64,000 bases of DNA, from positions 1,970 to 65,969 of IMG/VR virus record IMGVR_UViG_2695420938_000010; one strand, written 5' to 3'. Each line of letters begins with the position of its first letter. Positions within the stretch are counted from its first letter, which is position 1. This DNA comes from a virus. The notes under the pieces were generated by a model that saw nothing but the letters and a program-made list of their open reading frames with translations, was not told where the DNA came from and did no database searches. This document shows, one piece after another, positions 46,718 through 53,897 of the stretch. The translations under genes and the position numbers were made by a program.

Positions 46718-47166
46718 GCCACCCAAATTCCATGGTCCAGTGGTGGGATACGACGCCGATCCAAGCATTACATGAGAAGGGACGTGACTTGCAGTTCGAA
46801 TTGTTGTGGAGCTTCAAGACCAAGGATTTCGAGGTTGTTTGTGAAGCGTACGAGCCTGGCTTCATCGATCCATGGGCACACGACAAGGTAGTGATCGACG
46901 CTGTCGATCGCGGCGATGCCATGCTCACACATTTAAGCGCACGAGTGTATCGACGCGGCGTCAAGGTCGGTGAGGCACGTCTGCCGGACTGCATTCATGT
47001 GAGCGAAGCACCGCCAGAAGATTCGGTACTACAGCGTGCATTTGAAAGCGTGATTGTTGTCGATCACAGTTATCGGCGAAAAGTGGCTAGATGGGCGATC
47101 AGCGACGCAAGGAAAAACCTCGGAGAACTCGATCTTCCCGGGTTATATCTCCGGAAGAAGGACTGA
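46714..47166 (+). CDS. Hypothetical protein (150 aa) coupled to the helicase
   Basis: ATGA start/stop overlap with the helicase; no motif recognised. Confidence 0.7.
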   Translation: MSHPNSMVQWWDTTPIQALHEKGRDLQFELLWSFKTKDFEVVCEAYEPGFIDPWAHDKVVIDAVDRGDAMLTHLSARVYRRGVKVGEARLPDCIHVSEAPPEDSVLQRAFESVIVVDHSYRRKVARWAISDARKNLGELDLPGLYLRKKD

Positions 47167-47286
47167 TCCTTCATCTGCCTCCCTCATCGAAGCGACGCCC
47201 TCCTAGGACGCCGCTTCACGCGGCGATATGAAGGACTTCGGCCCCTCCTGCTTCCACAGTGCTTCCACGTGGCGTGCGAACGCAAA

Positions 47287-47306
47287 CGCCGCCCCGGAGG
47301 GCGGCG
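47287..47306 (-). terminator. GC hairpin downstream of the tRNA 3' fragment
   Basis: cgccgccc-cgga-gggcggcg; the minus strand continues TTTG. Confidence 0.55.
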
Positions 47307-47334
47307 CGTAAGCGTTTGATAACGCGTTGTTATT

Positions 47335-47381
47335 TGGTTGCGGGGGTAGGATTTGAACCTACGACCTTCAGGTTATGAGCC
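47335..47381 (-). tRNA. 3' fragment (47 nt) of initiator-type tRNA-Met(CAT): att-site duplication, not an intact gene
   Basis: Minus strand GGCTCATAACCTGAAGGTCGTAGGTTCAAATCCTACCCCCGCAACCA contains the anticodon loop, T-arm and CCA. The D-arm and 5' acceptor strand are absent. Confidence 0.9.
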
Positions 47382-47518
47382 AGATTTCCAACAATATCTA
47401 GACCCTTGATTGTTGACGTATTTTCCGGCGTAGTCTCCTAGAGCACTGTTTTTTCGAAGCTATCCGGCGCGACCGCCTGTTACTCGCCGCCAGCGAACGA
47501 CAAAAACAGCCACAAGAT

Positions 47519-47538
47519 GTGTTGACACAGTGTTGACA
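47519..47538 (+). repeat. Direct repeat GTGTTGACA x2 (plus TGTTGAC at 47411): putative integrase arm-type sites / -35 box
   Basis: Seen between the att core and the integrase start; role inferred. Confidence 0.5.
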
Positions 47539-47553
47539 TGAGGGAGCGCCGAG

Positions 47554-48846
47554 ATGCCGGAGAAACTGACCGAAGCCGCCGCCCGAAAGGCCCTGCCGCC
47601 CGTGCGCGGGCAGACCATGCTTTGGGACTCGGAGGTGAAGGGGTTCGCGCTGCGGATAACGAAGGGTGGGGCCAAGTCCTTCATCCTGGACTACCGCGCG
47701 GAGGGGCGGCAGCGCCGGATCACCATCGGCGCTTGGCCGGACTGGACGGTGGCCGCCGCGCGCCAGACCGCGAAGGACATGAAACGCGAGGTCGATCTCG
47801 GTCGCGATCCGATGGGCGAGCGACAGGCGCAGCGCGAGGCACCGACGGTGCAGGAGATGTGGGAACGCTACGCTAGCGAGCATCTGCCCAAGAAGGCCGA
47901 GCGCAGTCAGGCCGACGAGCGCATGATGTGGGAAAAGATCATCCTGCCGCGCTTTGGCAAGATGAAGGTCGCGCAGATCACCCATGAGGATGTGGACGCG
48001 CTCCACCGTGACATCACCGAGATCCGAGGAACGCCGGTGCGCGCGAACCGCACCATCGAGGTGCTGCGCAAGGCGTTCAACCTCGCGATCCGCTGGAAGT
48101 GGCGCGACGACAATCCGGCCTCCGGCGTGCGCCGCAATCCAGAAGAAAAGCGGAACCGCTATCTGAACCGCACCGAGATCGCCGCGCTGGCGCAGGCGCT
48201 GAACGAGCATTCCGAGCCCATGTCCGCGAACGCGATCAAACTGCTTATGCTGACCGGCGCGCGGCGCGGCGAGGTGCTGGGCGCGACATGGGAGATGTTC
48301 GACCTCGAGAACGGCGTCTGGACCAAGCCCTCGGCGCATACCAAGCAGCGCAAGCTGCATCGCGTGCCGCTCTCGCGTCCGGCCTTGCAACTGCTGGTCG
48401 AGATGAAGGCCGCCGCCAAGGCGAAGGCCGAAGCCGAGGGCACGCCGCCCAGCCCCTACGTCTTCCCCGGCCCGACCGGCAAGCCGCTCACCGAGATCAA
48501 GCGCACATGGGTCTCGGTCTGCCGCAGGGCGGGGCTCGGCGCGGAGGTGCCGGTGCTGGATGCGAAGGGCAAGCCGGTCCTCGACCGGAACGGCAACCCG
48601 AAAACAAGATTCAAGCCGGATGTGCGGATCCACGACATCCGCCATTCCTTCGCCAGCATCCTCGTGTCGGCGGGCGCGTCGCTGCCCTTGATCGGCCAGA
48701 TGCTAGGCCATACGCAGGTCCAGACCACCCAGCGATACGCCCATCTGTTCGACGATCCGCTGCGCAAGGCTGCCGAGACGGTGGGCGCCTTCGTGTTGCA
48801 GCGGTCGCCAGAGGAGTTCAACGCGAAAGAGGCAGAGCAGAAATGA
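47554..48846 (+). CDS. int: Tyrosine integrase with arm-binding N-terminal domain (P4-like)
   Basis: LWDSEVKGFALR...ITIGAWP arm domain; LTGARRGE (R), HDIRH (HxxR), LGH, TQRY (Y); about 170 bp from the att core. Confidence 0.95.
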   Translation: MPEKLTEAAARKALPPVRGQTMLWDSEVKGFALRITKGGAKSFILDYRAEGRQRRITIGAWPDWTVAAARQTAKDMKREVDLGRDPMGERQAQREAPTVQEMWERYASEHLPKKAERSQADERMMWEKIILPRFGKMKVAQITHEDVDALHRDITEIRGTPVRANRTIEVLRKAFNLAIRWKWRDDNPASGVRRNPEEKRNRYLNRTEIAALAQALNEHSEPMSANAIKLLMLTGARRGEVLGATWEMFDLENGVWTKPSAHTKQRKLHRVPLSRPALQLLVEMKAAAKAKAEAEGTPPSPYVFPGPTGKPLTEIKRTWVSVCRRAGLGAEVPVLDAKGKPVLDRNGNPKTRFKPDVRIHDIRHSFASILVSAGASLPLIGQMLGHTQVQTTQRYAHLFDDPLRKAAETVGAFVLQRSPEEFNAKEAEQK

Positions 48847-49520
48847 CCGATCAGAAGCCCTATGGGCCCCCGCCCGAAGCAATCCCGCTGTCCGAAGCCA
48901 TGAAGGAATTCCTGCCCGCCGAAATGTGGGAGGAGCACGCCCGCGCGACGGAGGCGCGCAACAACGCGCCGAAGCGGCCGAGCTACCTCAGCATGTCGGT
49001 GCGGGAGTGGGAGGCCGTTCAGGCCTCTCGCCAAGCCGCCAACCGGACGCGATCCGCGCGGGCCGATCTGCACCGCGTCTGGAACCGCATGCTCGCGACG
49101 ATGAAGGCGAAGCTGGAGGCAGGGGAACTCACCGCCTTCGGCCAGGAGAACCCGCCCTTCGGCCCATGGCATGCGATCCCGGCGCCCGCGTGGCGGCAAC
49201 TGCGCATCACCAATGTCCGCAAGGGGCAGGCCAGCGTCGGCGCCAACATCGTGCACGACATCCATATCCTGCCGCCCGATGCCGACGACCACATGCCGAC
49301 CGGAACACCCGGGCGTCCGAAGAAGGGAATCGACATCATCCGGATCGAGTTTCAGCGGCGCGTAGATGCGGGCGAGATCGCCGAAAGTCTCGCAGCCGAA
49401 GCTCGCGCGCTGCAGGCGTGGTATCGCGAGACCTATCCGCGGCGGGATTGTCCCACGCCCAAGACCATCGAGAACAACCTTCGCGGGACGTGGCGCGCAG
49501 TTCGTCAAAGGACTGCGTGA
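48843..49520 (+). CDS. Hypothetical protein, possible C-terminal HTH regulator
   Basis: ATGA overlap with int; GRPKKG linker then helical ...CPTPKTIENNLR. Confidence 0.72.
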   Translation: MTDQKPYGPPPEAIPLSEAMKEFLPAEMWEEHARATEARNNAPKRPSYLSMSVREWEAVQASRQAANRTRSARADLHRVWNRMLATMKAKLEAGELTAFGQENPPFGPWHAIPAPAWRQLRITNVRKGQASVGANIVHDIHILPPDADDHMPTGTPGRPKKGIDIIRIEFQRRVDAGEIAESLAAEARALQAWYRETYPRRDCPTPKTIENNLRGTWRAVRQRTA

Positions 49521-49635
49521 TCCCCTGAAATTTTCGTCTCGGGGCCATTTTCGGGGCGGTTTTTCGGGGGCCTGAACGTCGGCATCTCTCGGGCATCGGC
49601 GGCGCGTTGCGTCGCCTGGCACGAAGGAGACGCCG

Positions 49636-49917
49636 ATGACCCGACCCCTTGCATCCGGAGGCGCCGAGAACGCCGCCTCCGTCGCCCCGCCCACCGATTT
49701 CCTCGACGGCTTCATCTCGGAGGAGGAATACGCCGCCCGACGCGGGGTCAGCCTGCGCACCTGCCAGCGCGACCGCCAGCTGCGCCAGTCCCCGCCCTAT
49801 GTCGTGATCGGCCGGCGCGTCTACTACCGCATCGAGGCCGTCCGAGAGTGGCTCCTCGCCCGCGAACAGGCCGCAGACCGCAAGCCGAGCGCCCCGCGCG
49901 CCGGGAGGGGCCGATGA
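49636..49917 (+). CDS. AlpA-like HTH / excisionase
   Basis: ISEEEYAARRGVSLRTCQRDR...PPYVVIGRRVYYRIEAVREWL; RBS aaggag. Confidence 0.85.
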   Translation: MTRPLASGGAENAASVAPPTDFLDGFISEEEYAARRGVSLRTCQRDRQLRQSPPYVVIGRRVYYRIEAVREWLLAREQAADRKPSAPRAGRGR

Positions 49918-50138
49918 CCGCGCCCACCACGCTTGCGGCCGACCTGATGGTGGGCGCCGCCGAGATCGCCCGCTTCATCTACGACTCCGACGAATTCCGG
50001 TTTCAGCGTCGCGTCTACTACCTCTGCACCCGCGCCAAGCGACCGCTGCCGCATTTCCGGCTGGGCCACCGCATCGCCACGCGCCGCTCCACGCTGATGG
50101 ACTGGATCGCCCTGCAGGAGGGCAACGCCCATGCCTGA
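49914..50138 (+). CDS. Second small DNA-binding (AlpA/Xis-like) protein
   Basis: DLMVGAAEIARFI...RRVYYL...LPHFRLG..IATRRSTLMDWI; ATGA overlap. Confidence 0.75.
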   Translation: MTAPTTLAADLMVGAAEIARFIYDSDEFRFQRRVYYLCTRAKRPLPHFRLGHRIATRRSTLMDWIALQEGNAHA

Positions 50139-50598
50139 CACGCCCATCCAGTTCACCGGCTCGATCCTCGAGCAGCTGGAAGCCAAGGTCGCCGCGGAGG
50201 CCGAACATCTGCTGCCCATCGTCCACGCGATCCGCGATCACGGTGTCGGCTTCCTGGTGATCCCCCAGCGCGCGACCGGGCTCCATCGCGGCATCAAGCT
50301 GCTGCAGCGGCCGTTCATCGTCATGGTGGGCGATGACACCGACTGCGCTCTTGGCCCCGATCAGTATGACGGAAAGGCGCTCGACCGGCTGATTGGCATG
50401 GCTGACGGCGTCGCCATCATTTCCTGCGCCCCGCCGCCCGAGGCCTATTCGAGCATCGCGATGATGGCGATGGCGCAGCGCAACGGGCTGATCATCGAGA
50501 CCCGGCCCGAGCAGGAGATCGCCTGGACCAATCGCGTGCAGGCGGTCTGCCCGGAAATGCCGATCCTTCTCTGCACCGTGAAAGGGCCACAGCAATGA
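50131..50598 (+). CDS. Hypothetical protein (155 aa)
   Basis: Overlaps both neighbours; normal composition; no motif recognised. Confidence 0.75.
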   Translation: MPDTPIQFTGSILEQLEAKVAAEAEHLLPIVHAIRDHGVGFLVIPQRATGLHRGIKLLQRPFIVMVGDDTDCALGPDQYDGKALDRLIGMADGVAIISCAPPPEAYSSIAMMAMAQRNGLIIETRPEQEIAWTNRVQAVCPEMPILLCTVKGPQQ

Positions 50599-53048
50599 CG
50601 GCGCAGGGCGATCCTCTCGACTTCAACGGCACGCAGCCCGGCTCGCGCGCACCGACCAACACGCGCATGTCCGTCGCCCAACTGGCCGACATGCTGAACG
50701 ACCGTATCGCGGATCTCGCGCGCGAGTTGCTGGGCGAGCCGAACCGGGAACTTTCCAGCGCGCAGACCCTGCGCTTCGGCGCCAAGGGCAGCGTCGCCGT
50801 GGAAATCGACGGCGCGAACAGGGGCCGCTGGTATGACCACGAGCACGGCGCCGGGGGCGCGGGGCTAGAGCTGATCGGCTATCGGCTGCGCCTGGACGAC
50901 AAGGCGGCGTGGGACTGGGCGCGGTGCTGGCTGGGCGAAGCCCACGCCGGTCCATCCTGGACGACGACACCGACCCCCGCGCCCGCCCGTTCCGCCTCGG
51001 GCGCGGCAAGGGCCAAGGCACCGACGCCTGAGGAACGCGCCGCGAAGGTAGCCGAAATCGTGCGCGGCGCCGAGCCGATTGTCTCGACGCCAGCGGAAGC
51101 CTACCTGCGCCATAGGGGCATCACCGCAACGCCGCCCGACTGCATCCGCTATCGCCGGAACGCCTACGGCCAGTTCGGCGCGATGGTCGCGCTCGCCACC
51201 GATGAGGCGGGCGAGGTGCTGGCGATCCAGCAGGTCTATCTGACGGCCGAGGGGCGAAAGGCCCCGCTCAGGGTGGTCAAGCGCACCAACAAGGCCGTGG
51301 ATGGCTGGGCGGAACGATCCGCCGTTCGGCTGCCGGGGCGCGAGCCGCTGATCCTCTGCGAGGGGGTCGAAACCGCGCTTTCGGCCTGGCAGGCGACGGG
51401 ACAGGAAACCTGGGCCTGCCTCGGCATCTCGAACATCGGCCGCGCGCCTGTGCCCGCGAACGCAGCGGTCATCATCGCCCGCGACGGCGACTTGCCCGGC
51501 AGCAAGGCCGAAGGCCAGATCGTGCGCGCCGCCAGCAACCTCGTGCATCGTGGCGCGACTGTGCTGATCGCCACCCCGCCCGAAGAACAGGACTTCAACG
51601 ATGTGCTGGTCCAGGAAGGCGAAGAGGCCGTGCGCGAGCGCATCGTGGCCGCCGAACGCTTCCGCCCGGAGGAGGCCGACATCGAACGCAAGCGCCTCTC
51701 CATCGGCTCGGATGTGGAGATCGCACGGCGCGTGCGGGAGGACCTGACCGAGCGTTTCGGGCGCATAGTTCATACCGAGGGCGCGTTCTGGCGCTACGGT
51801 GGCAGCCATTGGGAGGCGATCCCCGACCACGAACTGCGCCTGCCTGTCCACGCCTATGACGGCGCGGGGTTCCAGACGCCTGCCGGCGAGCCCTCGAACG
51901 TCAAGCTGACCAAGGGTCGTGTCGACTCGATCCTGAACGAATGTGCCGCGCTCTGCGCCGAGCCGGGATATTTCGACACGCCGCCCTCCGGCATCAACTG
52001 CGCCTCGGGTTTCATCCGCTTCGATGCGGAGGGGACGCCGCGCCTTGAGCCGCATCACCGTGAGCATCGCTGCCGCCACACGCTGCCGGGCCATTGGCAG
52101 CCGGGCGCTTGCGGCGCACCCCCGGTGGGCTCGCTGCTGGCCAGGCTGCTCACCGGCAGCTTCAAGGACGACCCGGACGCCGAGGCGAAATGCGCGCTGC
52201 TCGCGGAGGTCTGCGGCGCGGCGGCGCTGGGCTACGCCACCCGGCTGATGCAGCCGCGCGCGGTGGTTCTGCATGGCAAGACTGCCGAGAATGGCAAGAG
52301 CCAGGTGCTTGAACTCGCCCGCGGTCTCCTGCCCGAAAGCGCGATCTGCTCGGTCCCCGCCTCGAAGATGGGCGACGAGCGGCATGTCATCGGGCTGGTG
52401 GGCAAGCTGCTCAACGCCTCGGACGAGCTGTCACCCGAAGCCATCGCATCCGACACCTTCAAGGCGGTCGTCACCGGCGATCCCATCGAGGGGCGCGACG
52501 TCTACAAGAGCCGGGTCGAGTTCCGCTCCATGGCACAGAACCTGTTCGCCGCGAACCAGCTGCCCAGCTTCAAGGGCGGGGTGGACCGGGGCGTGCAGCG
52601 GCGTCTGCTGCTGATCACCTTCACGCGCTCGATCCCGCTCGAGGAGCGCATCGAGGATATCGGCAAGCGCATCGCGGCCGAGGAGGCAGACCTCCTGCTG
52701 GCGTGGGCGGTGGAGGGCGCATCGCGTTTGATCCGCCAACGCAATTTCGCCATTCCCGAATGCTGCAACAGGGAACTGCTGGAATGGGTGCTCAGCGAGG
52801 ATCCCGTCGCCGCGTGGATCGACGCCTGCGTGAACGTCGTTCCAATCGTCAATGGCGGGCCGCTCGTCACCACCCGCGATGCGCACCTGCACTTCCATAA
52901 CTGGGCGCTTGGGGAAGGCTACAAGCCCGAGAAGCTGCCCGCCATCAACGGCTTCGTGCAGCGCGTCCAGGCCCGCGTGGCCGGCATCCAGTACAAGCGT
53001 ACGAGCAAGGCGCGGTTCTTCGTCGGCCTCACGATGACGCACCGATGA
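50595..53048 (+). CDS. P4/D5-type primase-helicase (TOPRIM + D5_N + SF3 helicase)
   Basis: ILCEGVETALS and IIARDGD (TOPRIM); GINCASG (D5_N); LHGKTAENGKSQ Walker A; LNASDE Walker B; LFAANQLP motif C. Confidence 0.9.
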   Translation: MTAQGDPLDFNGTQPGSRAPTNTRMSVAQLADMLNDRIADLARELLGEPNRELSSAQTLRFGAKGSVAVEIDGANRGRWYDHEHGAGGAGLELIGYRLRLDDKAAWDWARCWLGEAHAGPSWTTTPTPAPARSASGAARAKAPTPEERAAKVAEIVRGAEPIVSTPAEAYLRHRGITATPPDCIRYRRNAYGQFGAMVALATDEAGEVLAIQQVYLTAEGRKAPLRVVKRTNKAVDGWAERSAVRLPGREPLILCEGVETALSAWQATGQETWACLGISNIGRAPVPANAAVIIARDGDLPGSKAEGQIVRAASNLVHRGATVLIATPPEEQDFNDVLVQEGEEAVRERIVAAERFRPEEADIERKRLSIGSDVEIARRVREDLTERFGRIVHTEGAFWRYGGSHWEAIPDHELRLPVHAYDGAGFQTPAGEPSNVKLTKGRVDSILNECAALCAEPGYFDTPPSGINCASGFIRFDAEGTPRLEPHHREHRCRHTLPGHWQPGACGAPPVGSLLARLLTGSFKDDPDAEAKCALLAEVCGAAALGYATRLMQPRAVVLHGKTAENGKSQVLELARGLLPESAICSVPASKMGDERHVIGLVGKLLNASDELSPEAIASDTFKAVVTGDPIEGRDVYKSRVEFRSMAQNLFAANQLPSFKGGVDRGVQRRLLLITFTRSIPLEERIEDIGKRIAAEEADLLLAWAVEGASRLIRQRNFAIPECCNRELLEWVLSEDPVAAWIDACVNVVPIVNGGPLVTTRDAHLHFHNWALGEGYKPEKLPAINGFVQRVQARVAGIQYKRTSKARFFVGLTMTHR

Positions 53049-53258
53049 CGCACCAAAGCGGCTTTTTGACCCCTAACCCATTGAGAGTGTTGAGATGACG
53101 CACTTGGCTTCAACCTTTTTGATAAGGGGGAAATCCCTCTCCCCAATCATCATCCCGTTCCCCCCTATAGAAAAGGATGGCGGGGGAGGTGCGTCATCTC
53201 AACACTTTCAAGGACTTGCGCGCGAAACCCCGTCATTCCTGCGTCACCGTCGCGTCAC
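53033..53258. repeat. GATGACGCAC iteron array, convergent: putative origin of element 2
   Basis: Direct copies at 53033, 53044 and 53094; inverted copy at 53189 (perfect 18-bp IR 53086-53103 / 53189-53206); further GCGTCAC copies near 53241 and 53252. Confidence 0.75.
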
Positions 53259-53315
53259 TCAGAGGGCCGAGCCCGCCCTCCCGAGGTGCGGTCAAGCCGG
53301 AAGGATCGGGAAATC

Positions 53316-53380
53316 CGCGGTTCCTCCTGCGCCGAATGTCATGCGGGGACGCGCAGCGCATTGCGTCGCCAGCGTCAGGG
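53316..53380 (+). other. Putative cos / packaging signal of element 2
   Basis: CGCGGTTCCT...ATGCG-N11-CGCAT...TCGCCAGCGTCAGGG immediately before terS; matches 26277-26342. Confidence 0.6.
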
Positions 53381-53387
53381 GGCAGAA

Positions 53388-53897
53388 ATGACTAAACTCG
53401 ACAGACATGAGACCAAGACCGCCTTCGCCGCCCGCGTCGGGCTGACCAAAGGGCGCATCTCGCAGCTGGTGGCCGAGGGGCTGCCGGTGCGCTCGGACGG
53501 ACGCATCGACGTGGCCGAGGGGCTCGCCTGGATCGAGACGAACCTCGATCCGGGCCGGCGCTACAAGGGCGGTGCGCCCACGGCGACGACCCGCACCGCC
53601 ACGCTGGCCGAGGCCAAGCGGCTGCACGAGATCGTCAAGGTCCAGCGCGCCCGGCTGGCCTTCGAGCGCGAGCAGGGCAAGCTGATCGACGCCGACGAGG
53701 CGCGGCGGACGGTATTCGCGCGCGCCCGTGCCGAACGCGACGCGCATCTGGCGTGGGTGCAACGGACGGCACCCCTGCTGGCAGCCGAACTCGGCGCCGA
53801 CCCCCGCGCCACCTTCGCCGCGCTCGACCGGATGATGCGGGAGCATCTCGAACACCTGGCCGACCTTCCGCTGGGGAGCTTTGGCGATGGTGCCTGA
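53388..53897 (+). CDS. terS: Terminase small subunit (Nu1-like)
   Basis: ETKTAFAARVGLTKGRISQLVAEGLP..DGRID HTH; coiled coil; the RAERDA..W segment parallels the terS of prophage 1. Confidence 0.82.
   Translation: MTKLDRHETKTAFAARVGLTKGRISQLVAEGLPVRSDGRIDVAEGLAWIETNLDPGRRYKGGAPTATTRTATLAEAKRLHEIVKVQRARLAFEREQGKLIDADEARRTVFARARAERDAHLAWVQRTAPLLAAELGADPRATFAALDRMMREHLEHLADLPLGSFGDGA

Noticed and set aside
47335-47381. An intact tRNA-Met gene
   Set aside because: The sequence 5' of the anticodon stem cannot form a D-arm or acceptor stem; only the 3' 47 nt are present.
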